A DNA stretch of 64,000 bases, from contig CM059428.1 in NCBI GenBank assembly GCA_030390025.1, positions 66,774,001 to 66,838,000 of the forward strand, given 5' to 3'. Shown piece by piece: positions 48,316-60,924 of the stretch. The notes beneath the pieces are model-generated. The model was not told the origin of the DNA. It worked only from the letters and a program-made list of their open reading frames with translations, and searched no databases. Position 1 is the first letter of the stretch. Every line of letters begins with the position of its first letter. Source of the stretch: Squalus acanthias (Eukaryota). Both the position numbers and the translations under genes were made by a program.

Positions 48316-49704
48316 TAGAATCATAGAATAGTACAGTACAGAAGAAGGCCATTCAGCCCATCAAATCTGCACCGGCTCTTTCGAAGAGCAATCCAGTCAG
48401 TCCCACTCCCCTGCTCTTTCCCCATATCCCTGCAATTTTTTCTCCTTCAAGTATTTATCCAATTCCCTTTTGAAGGCTACTATTAAATCTGTATCCACCA
48501 CCCTATCAGGCATTGCATTCCAAATCCTAACCACTCGTTGCGTAAAAAAGCTTTTTCCTCATGACGCCTCTGGTTCTTTTGCTAATCACCTTAAATCTGT
48601 GCCCTCTCGTTATCGACCCTTCAGCCATTGAAAACAGTTTCTCTTTATTTACTCTATCTAAGCCCTTCATGATTTTAAACACCTCTATCAAATCTCCTCT
48701 TAGCCTTCACTGCTCTCAGGAGAACAACCCCAGCTTCTCCAGTCTATCCACGTAACTGTGATCCTTCATCCCTGGAACCATTCTAGTAAATCTCTTCTGT
48801 GCCCTCTCCAAAGTCTTCACGTCCTTCCTAAAGTGAGGTGCCCAGAATTGGACACAATACTCCAGCTGGGGCCGAACTAGTGTTTTATATAGATTTAGCG
48901 TAACTTCCTGGTTTTTGTACTCTGTGCCTCTATTTATAAAGCCCAGGATCCCATATGCTTTATTAACTGCTTTGTTAACTTGTCCTGCCACCTTCAAAGA
49001 TTTGTGCACAAGCACCCCCAGGTCTCTCTGTTCTTGCACCCCCTTTAAAATTGTACCATTTAGTATATATTGTTTCTCCTCATTCTTCCTACCAAAATGT
49101 ATCACCTCACAATTTTCTGCATTGAGTTTCATCTGCCATGTGTCTGTCCATTCCACCAGCCTGTCAATGTCCTCTTGAAGTCTATTACTATCTTCCTCAC
49201 TGTTTACTACAATTCCAAGTTTTGTGTCTTCTGCAAATAAGAAATTGTGCCCTGTACCCCCAAGTCCAAATCATTAATGTATATCAAAAACAGCAGCGGT
49301 CCTAGTACTGAACCTTGGGGAACGCCACTGTACACCTCCCTCCAGTCCGAAAAGCAGCCATTCACCACAACTCTCTATTTTCTATCCCTTAGCCAATTTT
49401 GTATCCATGCTGCTACTGCCCATTTTATCCCATGGGCTTCAATTTTGCTAACAAGTCTAATATGTGGTACTTTATCAAACACCTTTTGAAAGTCCATATA
49501 CACCACATCAACCACACTGCCCTCATCCACCCTCTCTGTTACTTCATCAAAAAACTCAATCAAGTTAGTCAAACACAATTTTCCCTTAACAAGTCCCTGC
49601 TGGCTCTCCCTTTAGTCCATACTTGTCCAAGTGGCTGTTAATTTTCTTCTGGATTATGGTTTTTAAAAGCTTCCCCACCACCGACGTTAAACTGACTGGC
49701 CTAT
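48316..49704 (-). mobile_element. 5'-truncated CR1 LINE (RT, decayed)
   Basis: CLTNLIEFFDEVT, VYMDFQKVFDKVPH, LVRPQLEYCVQFWAPH; TAGAATCATAGAAT tail. Confidence 0.95.
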
Positions 49705-52319
49705 GAATGGACAGCCTGGCTGGCGGGCACGAGGAAACACCAATGGCAGGAGGCCGCATCCAGGAACCCTAGGGGACGGTCTTCGGCAATTGAGGGGAGG
49801 AGGTGGGGGGGGGGGGGTGTGAGGGAGATCGAGAATCGGGAGTGGGGGGGGGAGGTCTGCAATCAGGAGGGTTGGGGGGAGGTCGCCACTGGCAAGGAAG
49901 CTCCCAATTGCATTGTAGGAGCCCGATTAAATATGTTAATAAGCGTTCGGCCTCTCCTCCATGGTGGGACACTCACATGCCCCAATACCCACCGCCGTAA
50001 AAAAGGCGGCAGGTGTGTGCGCGCCATGTTGGGGACGAGTTATGCAGATTTCACTTTTTAACCCAACACTCTCCCACCCATCGTGATGTGGTTAATATCA
50101 AGGCCTTAATGCCTTCTGAAGTGACTGGACAAGTCATACAACTGTAAAACCAGCCATCACCTCCCCAAATCAATTAGGGATGGGCAATAAATGTTGCTCA
50201 CATCCAGAGTAGAAATTCAATGAAAGGTCACTGTTCCATGTTCTGGTTTTCAATTGGCTGAAAAATGACCTTTGGAGCCAGTTATTATATTATTTGATGA
50301 AAGCCCTGTTTTTGGAAGTTGCTCTTATCCCCAAAATGAATTATTGGAACCAGTTGTAGGACAAAAACAAGTAAGCAAAGGGCTTTAAAGTTTTTTTTTG
50401 TTTTAGATGAAAATGAGCTCTAGTATTTTGATTAGAATATATTAGATGGGGAAAATATTATGGCAAATAAAGAAATGACAAAGAGAAAATAAAGGCAGAG
50501 AAAACAGGAAGCAGTTGTCGTTTAGGGTTAATATTACAGTAATAAAGCTACTCAACATTTGATAGAGTTAGTTACTGTAATATTAGGATCTGTTTCAGCA
50601 TCAGGAAAACTTACAATAATGATCAGCCTAGAGAGGCTATAATTTCCCGAGACCTGTTAACAATCTAAGAGTTGGAAATGTCACTTACCTGAGAATTTTC
50701 ACCGGTACTATACTATTTGGAGCTCAGGGCCAGAACCGGCACTGCGAATCAGGAAGGATGCCACACTCAGCTTGATGATAGCTACAGACAGATTCATGAA
50801 ATATTTCATTCAAAGGTGTCTTTATTTTGCTGTTCAGAAATGCTAACACTGTGAGTCCTTAGAAGGCTGTTTTTTTTACTGGCGAAACAAACTAAGAGAT
50901 ATATGTAGCACTTTATTTCGGTCTTTGTGTGGGAGTATCTTAGATTTAAAATACTATCCCTCGAGAATAATATTCCCCTTTAATTATGATTTGTAATTTT
51001 CTGCATTATATTTGACACAATATCCTTTCCAACAAATTTGAGCCACAAAAATAGGCACCTATGTCCTTTGAACAACAAAGATCATTCATCCCTAAAAGAG
51101 TTAAGTTTCACTCCCCTGTGATGTGCCAGCAAAGTACGACATTTGTGGTTTTCATAGTTCAGTCCGTGACAGAATGAAATTGATCGACCTGAACATAAAT
51201 CTTTAGGAGAATCCAGGCTCCGAATGAAGAGAATCGATTTCACAGAAGAGCCAAAGTGGCCCAAAGTTTGCTCATTTGCTGATGTTACATGAAAAATAAC
51301 ATTGGGCCTCTTAAGGGGAAAATTACCCTTTTAGCAACAACAAAATTCAAATTCAAACTTATTTCATTAGAATTATTTAAAGAAACAACATAAATAGTTT
51401 GTTAGATCTGGAACAACAAGATACCACAGGAATAATAGTCTTCCTATTTATCTATGAGCAATGGGGCAATGTGCTTCTTACTTCAGTTAGGGACAGGATA
51501 GAATGCTTCTTGTTCTTCTTTGAAATGGCAATTGACAGTATTTTATGGTTTAAGCAGAACTGGAAACATTGCACTTGGCTGCTCACTCTGACAAGAGGAC
51601 AGCAAATGTAATAAGGTCATTGTACAAGACATAGTATGAGACAGAACTAGTGAATTTCTTACTGTTATGTAGCCAACTGCTTAGGAAGGAGTGCAGAGTC
51701 TTGAAATTGTTTGTTTTTTTATCTACAAGAGTTCATTTACTATTTTCTTTCAAAAGAAAGCTAAAACTAACTGCAGTGTCTTTGGATCGTCTCTACTGCT
51801 GTATTTTGTGCACTTCTATACACTCATCTCAAGGAAATGTGGAGTGAATTTTACAGGTCAATAGTGGTTGTTTCTGAAGGATTTCCCCCCACATCTTTTC
51901 ATGAGCCAAAGCTGGGTTTCTGACAGTTGGATAGATGCTAGCAAAATAAACCCTACCAGAGATGGTGATGAGGAAGTCCTGTGTCAAAGTTCAGCTATTC
52001 TGTCAGTAGAAGATAAAAGCTAAAGATATGCCCAGCTGGTTTTAAATAGCCCTTTAGATAACACAGGTTGCTGTCATAAAGTATCCCTGAGACACTGCTG
52101 TGAGGGTCAGAAGTCAATATACCATGTCTACAGTCTTCTGAAGTAACCTGTTTGCTTTGCACTATATGCAATATGGAAGTAAATGGTATTGAGTGTTATG
52201 CCTATCACACATTATAGAGCATCTGAAATGCATCTCTGTTAAACAAAACCATATAGTTCATATGCAGCACATCATAGCATATAGGAATAGTGACTATTTT
52301 CTTTAGATTTTTGTTCAAC

Positions 52320-52462
52320 ACAGGAACAGGAGTAGGCCATTCAGCCCTTCCAGCCTGTTCCACCTTTCAATTAGATCATTGCTGATCTATACCTCAACTC
52401 CATTTACCCGCCTTTGATACCCTTACCTAATAAAAAATTGTCAATCTCAGACTTGAATACTG
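52320..52462 (-). mobile_element. CR1 3' tail fragment
   Basis: GGAACAGGAGTAGGCCATTCAGCCC...GATCATTGCTGATCT matches 17390-17450. Confidence 0.8.
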
Positions 52463-53689
52463 ATTAGGTTCTTTATCACTGAAATTATCAGTTATTCATT
52501 CCATTTTTATTATCAGGTATATGATTGGTTATTTTCTCCCTAGTTATGCCTATTTTTCAAGTACCTTCGCTGTGTCAGGTTCTTTGCATCATGCACCCAG
52601 TTCTGAATGAGAAGGCACACAGTAACCAATGCTACATTGGAACTTGAGTCAACCCTCCTTTTCTTTTCTCCGAATTAATACTCATCTCCCCCAACCCCCC
52701 ACACGCCACCCCACTCTTGGAGGAAACACATTAACTTAGCTCAGTACTCTCTAGGTGGCTCTGGTTTAGGTGAAGAACTCACCGAATGAACAATCTCAGC
52801 CATGAACCTGAGTCCTACCAAGCTATAATACAATAACCCTTTTGTGTCCATGTGGTGGCAAGCATCTAATAAGCCGACATCTAGGGCTAGATATTTTGAT
52901 TGGCGATACGTGTACTTGCTGGTTTTTAATTGTTTTTTACCTAGGAGCAATAACTAGTGCCAGATAAAATGAATTTGTTAATTGTAATAATGCTGACTGT
53001 GTTGGCCTTCTACCAAAGTAAGTAGAATAGTCTAAACAGGCACAGGTTAGACTAATTACCAACTAGTATTCTAATTTTCTAGTTGATCAATAATAACTGT
53101 GCGATTTCATTTACTTAATTGGTCCATCATCTGTCTGGCACACGTGGGCTTCAGCTGTGTGTCTAATAACAGGAAATTTCCCTTGTTGGGATTTGGCCCG
53201 CATTTAATGGTAGGACAGACTATCCTTAATCTCCACACTTCAGTGCTTCTTTTTTAAAAAATAGCAGCCAGACCACCAGAGCACTGCCAGATGGTCATGT
53301 GAACATTTAAATCTTATGAGTATTGGCAAATTTACTAAGTGATGGGTAGGGGGATAGTTAGCACCATTGGCAATATGTTAGCACCCACTGAGATGCATAA
53401 CTAGCCACAAATCTATAGAACATTTTGTTTTACTTGTATTACCTTGAACATTGTTCAGATAAATAAATGAAAACACAATTTTACTCATTTGAAAATAGTT
53501 CAACCCAGCTTTATTTTGAACCAAAATGTAAACAGGCATCATCTCAATGAATATCATGCAGTAGTTATTGTAGCAGACATGAAAAATAAAGCAAAAAGAA
53601 AATACTGCAGATGCTGGAAATCTGAAATAAAAACAGAAAATGCTGGAGAAACTCAGCAGGTCAGGCAGCATCTGTGAAGAGAGAAACAG

Positions 53690-53726
53690 AGTTAACGTTT
53701 CAGGTCGATGACCTTTCATCAGAACT
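53690..53726 (-). ncRNA. Minimal type I hammerhead ribozyme, intact core
   Basis: Minus strand AGUU-CUGAUGA-A-AGGUC(AUC)GACCU-GAAA-CGUU-AACU: canonical core, 5-bp stem II, palindromic stem III (AACGUU), stem I AGUU/AACU. Confidence 0.82.
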
Positions 53727-54521
53727 GGAAAAAAGCAGGAAATGGAACAGATTTTTAAGCAAGTGTAGAGGCTGGGAAAGGGGGGAGGGGATGAAAGAAC
53801 AAAAGGGAAGGTCTGTGATAGGATAGAAGGCGGAAGAGGTTAAGAGACATTAAGAGATATTCAAGGCAAAAGGAGATGGTAATGGGACAGGTTAAGAAAC
53901 AAAGGATGGCTCTAGATGAAGTGTAAATTGCGCTGGCAGAATGAAAGACAGCTGCCATGTGGGGGAGAAGAATAAAAGACAGACAAAGAGTGTGGATAAA
54001 AAATATATATATATGATAGGGGCCGAGGTTATGATCTGAAATTGTTGAACTCTATGTTGAGTCCAGAAGGCTGTAAAGTGCCTAATCGAAAGGAACAGCA
54101 CCTCATCTTTCAATTAGGCACTTTACAGCCTTCTGGATTCAACATAGAGTTCAACAATTTCAGATCATAACCTCGACCCCTATCATAACCCCGGCCCCTA
54201 TCCTATATATATTTTTTATCCACACTCTTTGTCTGTCTTTTATTCTTCTCCCCCACATGGCAGCTGTCTTTCATTCTGCCAGCGCAATTTACACTTCATC
54301 TAGAGTCATCCTTTGTTTCTTAACCTGTCCCATTACCATCTCCTTTTGCCTTGAATATCTCTTAATGTCTCTTAACCCCTTCTGCCTTCTATCCTATCAC
54401 AGACCTTCCCTTTTGTTCTTTCATCCCCTCCCCCCTTTCCCAGCCTCTACACTTGCTTAAAAATCTGTTCCATTTCCTGCTTTTTTCCAGTTCTAACGAA
54501 AAGTCATCGACCTGAAACGTT

Positions 54522-55272
54522 GGCCCAGAAATTGGACTTCGATGGTTGCCGCGGGGGTAAGGATCCCCCGCGATATCGCACTCCGCGCCTACCTTTATGG
54601 TTTTGGCCCACACGAACTTCAGTTCCTGGGCCTCTCCCTGGTGCCGGCGCGCAGTGTGTGCGTGTCCCAGAGGCACAGTTAGTTCGATGCTACCTCTGGG
54701 ATCACGTGGGCCAGTTAGAGCCAATGGCAGCACACCATCTTTCATTCATAGTGCTGTCAAAACTATGAATACAACAAGCCCCCAAAAGAACAGCTAAACC
54801 TCAATTAAATTTAAAAAAAGCCATCACATTAATAAAATAACTATAGTTAAATAAATTAACCACTTTAAACAAAAATGTAAATTTTTGAAAAAATTTAAAT
54901 TCTTTTTAAAAGTTATAAAAATAAACTTACCTTTCTTTAAAGTCTCTAAAAAAGATAAACCTGTTGAAAAAAATTTAAAATAATACTTAATTAACTACTT
55001 ACCTTGTTAAAAGGGGGTCTTACGCCTGCTTTCTTTATGTGTAAAATCTTCAACACTTACCTGCGCGTTCAAACCTGAAAAAAAAACAAAGTGTGCTGCG
55101 TGTGCGCAACCTGTAGCGCGCATGCGGTTCACTTAGGAACCGCCCCCTTTGCCATACCCGAAGTGCCGGTTTCCCGCGCATGCGCAGTGCATGCAGGAAA
55201 CCGGCACTTCGGGACCTAATACGCGAGAGTACACAGTGCGTAATCTCCCGTATTAGGTCTAATTTTCGGGCC
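54522..55272. mobile_element. 751-bp Harbinger-type MITE nested in the Penelope arm
   Basis: TIR GGCCCAGAAATTGGAC / GTCTAATTTTCGGGCC and TSD GTT. The opposite arm shows the empty site (GAAACGTTAACTC). Confidence 0.95.
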
Positions 55273-55939
55273 GTTAACTCTGTTTCTCTCTTCACAGATG
55301 CTGCCTGACCTGCTGAGTTTCTCCAGCATTTTCTGTTTTTATTTATGAAAAATAAAGCAATCTACTTGTGTCGCGAAAAAGTTGTTGTCATGAAATACAA
55401 TGTAAACCAATTTTTATTACAATGCAACTGAAGTAAAGATTAGCACTGAGTGACTCTAAAATATATTAAGATTCTCCATTTACAGAAAGTGCTCTTGCAA
55501 TGCAAAAAGGTTACCACACAAAAGACTTAATCCCAGATGCATCTCAAGGTCAGAATCAACACCTGCTGTTGGAAACTTTGGCAACTTATTGGTAAGTCAT
55601 TTGGAACATGGGATTTTGGGTGCACCACCTTCAAAAGGGTATTGATCGGAGTGCAGAGGATTTGAAGAAGAGTAACAAAAATTATTTCTGAAGAGTAGTC
55701 ACTGTTGTAATGTAGGAAACAAGGCAGCTGATTTGCGCACAGAAAAGTATGATGCTCTAGCACTTTTGAAGACTAGCAGATGAATCTTACAGGGCACAAG
55801 ATAGTCCAGGACCTAAAAACAATTACCAAACAGGGTTTGTTGTTCGTTTACCCAGGCACATTGCTGAAAGCTTACCTAGATATCAAGGCAAGGATAGACA
55901 CTGTCGAAGGATTGTGGGAGTTGGGGCTCACCTGCTCAC

Positions 55940-56312
55940 CACACACCAGTGCAGTACTGAAGCAGTGCTGCACTGTCGGAGGTGCCATCTTTCGGTTGAG
56001 ATGTTAAACCGAAGCCCCGTCTGCCCTCTCAGGTGGACATAAAAGATCCCACAGCACTATTTCAAAGAAGAGCAGTGTGCCCTGGTGTGCTGGCCAATAT
56101 TTATTACTCAACCAACATCAATAAAAACAACAAATTATCTGGTCATTATCACATTGCTGTTTGTGGGAGCTTGCTGTGCACAATTGGCTGCCACATTTCC
56201 TAAATTACAACAGTGACTACACTTTAAAAGTACGTCATTGGCTGTAAAGTGCCTTGGGATATCCTGAGGTCATGAAAGGCGCTATATAAGTGCAAGTCTT
56301 TCTTTTTCTTTC
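55940..56312 (+). mobile_element. DeuSINE-type SINE, well preserved body and L2-like tail
   Basis: CAGTGCAGTACTGAAGCAGTGCTGCACTGTCGGAGGTGCCATCTTTCGGTTGAGATGTTAAACCGA...GGCGCTATATAAGTGCAAGTCTTT. Confidence 0.85.
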
Positions 56313-56649
56313 GATGAGAGTCATGTAAGATACAAAAGCCAAAATACTCTACAGTAAGCAGATTGGAAAAGATTCAGAAATATAACACAGACCTTAAAAA
56401 ATCTACCAAGATACAGCTACACAATGCATATCAAGTAGATGTCCCTTGTCATTCTGTTACACATTTACACTAGGCCCATGCCAAGTCCTCAGACAAGCTC
56501 ATTGTTTATCATGGATGCCCATACTCCAACAGTGCGCACATCAATCTACAACTTACAACTAAAACCCTTGGAACACTGATGTATTATAAGGACATCCCAC
56601 AGCAAATCAATGTAATACAACCTAGATACATGAAATATGCTCAGGCACT

Positions 56650-57550
56650 GACAGACATGATGGGTTGTAGGCTGGGCATGTGTCCATCATTGTGTATGTG
56701 TTCTTTCAAATTATAACACATCAACACAACTTTTCTGTTTGCACAATAAGGTGACACATAATGCAAGGGAACAGACCTGGACTGGAGGAGGACCCAGAAA
56801 TAACAAGCCCTAGATTTATTTTGAGGATGTCACCTGTATATCCTTGTCCATAAGAGAAGTAAAGGAGTTGCAGAAGGAGGAGCCAGAAGTCTCCACTAAC
56901 TTCAGGGCTAGTACTATTCTGTTCTTGTTATGGCTTGTCTCTTTTCTCATTCAATCACATAGCCACACAAACACCACACACAGTATCTTGCAATGTAAGC
57001 TCTGTTTGAAGGTGTGTCTTGAAGCCAGCATTCTAATATTTGTTCCTTTACTGTAATTGTAGGCCTGGATGAACCACCTGCCAGGACTTCCAATTGTCAC
57101 GTACCTCTAGGCACCCTACGTCTCTGTCACCAATGTTTGCAAGCAACAGCACAGCTCCACATATCCCAGAGGATGCAATTAGTGAGCTTGAGAGATAGCA
57201 CCATGTGAGTCACAGTGTACAGGTGGGAAATGCAGCAGTATGGTCAAATTCGACAGCTATATCATCCGCTTGTTGCTATTCAGTGGGAAATTGATGGCCA
57301 TGCGTTTTGATACATTTGTAGGCAGCACATTGGCTGATAGTACAGATCATCTGTATGCTAGCCTAAAATGAAGCAAAAGGCAGAAAAGTTGAGGGCAGTG
57401 GCGAGCTTGGCTGTCACTGCAGCTTGGCAGCAGATATCACAGTTGTCCTCTGTTATTACAGATAGATGTGTAGATACAGTTGGTGGTGTAATTGTGAGTG
57501 TGGCCATTCCAGCTCTGCTGACAGCTGATCTTCCTGGCACGCCTTCTTTC
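56650..57550 (-). pseudogene. Ancient Harbinger transposase relic
   Basis: VTAKLATALNF (57358-57552 ORF) parallels VAAKVTIALNF; only weak downstream traces. Confidence 0.45.
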
Positions 57551-58714
57551 ATGCCATTAAATACTGCAATTGGGACATTTTAAGAGCAAATTCATCATTA
57601 ATTTTCTATTGAATTGCCAAACAGCACAGATTCTAGTTTGCAGTTAGATGCTCTGTCACTCCCTGAGCTGCATTAGAAGTTTGGATAGTAAGAGCTTTTT
57701 TTTATATCCCTTCTTTTTTTACTATTTTTCTGTTCTGTTGCACTCTTTTAAAAGATTTTCTGATGATTTTGCAGACAATATTTAGCAGTTTTTGTTTCTA
57801 AATAAACATTCCCCATATGCTCTGATACCAAAAACAAAAAAAAACAGAAAGAAAACCCTGGAACAAAAGCACTAAAAAGCCACTGAAAAAAATGAAAATA
57901 AAAGGATCACATAAATAGCCTATGTCCTTTGAAGAGTTCCTTTGCGCTTGAAGCTGCCCTTTTCACATACTCCAAATGGGCAAGAGGGTAATCACCCGAG
58001 GGGTAATTTGAATGCATTTAAGTATTAATATGAAGCCCTTGTACAGAATGTGTGAGAGAATTTTCAGCAGGCTGGAAGAACATGCACAGCTTGAACTGAG
58101 TAGGGATTTGCCAGCTCTGTTTCTGATATAAATATAAAATGGCAGTAAAGCGACAATTGGCAGTTATTGGATGGTTGGATCCAATTAATTTTTGCCATGT
58201 TCCTATTTCAGAAAATTTCTAATATAGATATATAATCCACAGTGAGAGCAGGGCTAAACAGAATGTATTAATTCAGCAGGAGGCTAGCAACAATTTTTGA
58301 CACCCATTGTTCTCTCAGAGGAGGGATGAGATGAATTTAAGGACAGGAGTTTAGGAACAATCTAATTGACACCCTTTTCAGTTAAGACAATCTCCTGTGC
58401 CTCACCCAAAAAATTCATATACCAGACTAACCTGGTGAGGGTGACCATTGATAAACAATCACACTAACCTTGCATCCAATGAAAGATTTAGATTGCAAGG
58501 TAAATTAAATTGAAATTAAAAATTAAATTAACAGCCATAGGACCGAGTAACTTGTTCTATTCTCTTTTCATGTTATCTGAACCTACTGTTCCTTCAATGC
58601 CTGGTTATAAGCACATATAACAGAGGTATGGTGATTTAAATTAATTTATTGTGCTAAACAAAATAATGCTAAATGTTCCTACTGTTTTTATTAGAACAGA
58701 AGCGATTAACAGGT

Positions 58715-58905
58715 CATTTGATAGAGGTATTTAAAATTATGAAGGGATGCAACAGTGTAGGTAGAAACAGACCGTTTTCATGATCGAGGAGTCTAGATAT
58801 AAGATTAAATAAGATTTGGGACAGACAGCAGGAGAAACTTTTTACACAAGAGTTTGTGAGGCTGTGGAATGCATTACCAGAGTTAGTGATTGAAGCAAAG
58901 ACCAT
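58715..58905 (+). mobile_element. CR1 fragment
   Basis: TTGATAGAGGTATTTAAAATTATGAAGGG...TTTTTTACACAAGAGTTTGTGAGGCTGTGGAATGCATTACC. Confidence 0.7.
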
Positions 58906-59439
58906 TGTGTACCTATGCTGGTAATCTCTGTGATTCGCTTCTGGCCGCATTACTGCTGGTAGAAGGTTGATTGCCTAATTTAGTGAAAGCAGTAAAATAG
59001 GCTGCTGTTTATCAGATTATGCTGCACTCCTGTGCGGATGGTAATTGAAAGTATTTACCAACAAATGCTCATCTAAAGGGTCTTAGTGCCCACAAGGCAC
59101 TAAAACAGCTTGTTGTTCTTTTTAACTGGTAGCGATTTGGGCTCTCTGTTCATCACATTTCATAGCACTTAGTAATATCATAAGAGCTCATTCGGTCCTT
59201 GTCTTACTGTGCTGTGAAACATAAGCCCCTTTTAATCTTTAGTGTGCAGTGAGGTCACAATGCAGCACTAAACATCGCCTGTAGACCTGTCAGTATAGGA
59301 CCACTCTTAACCATGATAACAACTTAAAGTGGTGGCAGCATTACAGACTTCTGTTCTGAATCATGAAATGCTTCAGTGTCATTGCTTATAATGCCTGCCA
59401 ATGGCTGAAAAAATACTTGCCTGTCACATAGAGGCTGGG

Positions 59440-59585
59440 CAAGTTCATTAGTGAAACAGTTGGGTTTTTACAACAATCCTGCAGCTTTCATGGTCACTTT
59501 TTGAATTCAATTTCACAACTTGCCATGGTGACATTTGAACGCACAACCTCTGGGTTGCTAGTGCAATATCACAACCACTACCCGT
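59440..59585 (-). mobile_element. tRNA-headed SINE fragment related to 18950-19140
   Basis: Minus strand GTAGTGGTT...CTAGCAACCCAGAG..GTTCAAAT...GATTGTTGTAAAAACCCAACTGTTTCACTAATG. Confidence 0.6.
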
Positions 59586-59924
59586 TATTGTGGCTGTCAT
59601 TCATGCGTGAGCCGCCACAGTGACCGTTATTAGGCTACTTGACGTGGGCAGCATCACAGTCCTGTTCTCGCCCAATATCTAAACATGAACACTTTTAACA
59701 GGGAGTGCTTCTTGGCTGCCAGGAGTGGAATCCTAACTGATTAGCGCCTCCTTAACTCAGGGGCACTGAGGCCAACTGTAGAGCTCCTACTGCTGCCCAG
59801 CTAAAGTCAACCATCTGTATTCAGCTGCTTAGTGAATAAACTCACTGGGCTGAGTTAACCTTGGAGCGCCACCACCTGTGTAGCCATGGAAACAACATAT
59901 GACACAATAGCAACACTTCGATAG

Positions 59925-60272
59925 CACTCTTCATGCACAGGAAGACATTTCAAAATGCTTTATGCTGAGCAGGTGATAAAACACTGGATCTAGAGTAGGA
60001 GCGAGAAAGGGGACAGAGAGGGAGGGAGAAAGAAAGAAAGAAGAAAAGAAGGAAAGAACTTTTGAAGTGTAGTCTCTGTTGTAATGTAAGAAATGCAGCA
60101 GCCAATTTACACACAGAAAGATCCCACAAACAGCAATGTGATAAATGACCAGATAATCTGGTTTTAGTGATGTTGGTTGAGGGATAATTATTGGCCATGA
60201 CACCAAGTAGAACTCCCCTGCTCTTCTTCAAAATAGTGCCATGGGATCTTTTATGTCCACCTGAGAAGGCAG
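59925..60272 (-). mobile_element. DeuSINE-type SINE with internal purine-rich insert
   Basis: Reverse complement of the 56020-56280 family (CTGCTCTTCTTCAAAATAGTGCCATGGGATCTTTTATGTCCACCTGAG). Confidence 0.8.
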
Positions 60273-60924
60273 AATGGCTTCACATGGGGGGGGAGGGGGG
60301 GAGAAGAGTAAAAGCACAGACAAAGATAAGGGCTTTGAAAAGGTTTTTTTTAAAGCAGGAAGATAGATGACAAATTGGAGAAATCTAGGGAGGGAATACT
60401 GGAGTATATTGGCTGAAAGAGCTGTCTCCAATTGTGAAACAAAGGGAGCAGAGCACAAGGAGTTGCCCGATGTTAGAGGAGCAGCAGGTGAGAATGAGCA
60501 CATAAGGCCAGAGAAGATTGCTGAAGTAGGGTAGGGGAAAGCTACAGAAGCACTGGAAGTGAAAACAAAATGAACCTGCCTATGCATACATATGCAATCG
60601 GACTCTGAATCTTGAAGGAAGCCAGAGCACTCAGTGTATGTAACCTGTACAATTGAGCTGGAACAACTGAGGTGCAATGATAGAATAAGGAAGGTTTTCT
60701 GATCAGTTACACTGGGCATAAAGTGGGCAATAACTGATTGAAAAAAGGATGGGGAACCGTGATGCCAGGTGTTTGTGGCTTTTGTGCTGTGTCCAAGATT
60801 TTGATAGTAATTGTGAAGAATGCTGGAAGCACATGCTAACCATTAGATCATGCAAATGAAGGTTAAATGATGTAATTGCATCACAGTTTCTTACCATTCA
60901 CACTGGTATATTTGCCATCTCCCA

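Larger units (their letters stand above)
53595..55344. mobile_element. Penelope-like retroelement: long fold-back (inverted pLTR) with GIY-YIG C-terminus and 16-bp TSD
   Basis: Arms ~53626-54092 and ~54107-55344 (minus the MITE). 54093-54170 reads EQHLIFQLGTLQPSGFNIEFNNFRS*. TSD ATGAAAAATAAAGCAA at 53579-53594 and 55345-55360. A ~30-nt tail is present on one arm only. Confidence 0.92.

Noticed and set aside
54488-54521. Plus-strand hammerhead as an active ribozyme
   Set aside because: Core mutated (CUAACGA) and stem I separated by the MITE.
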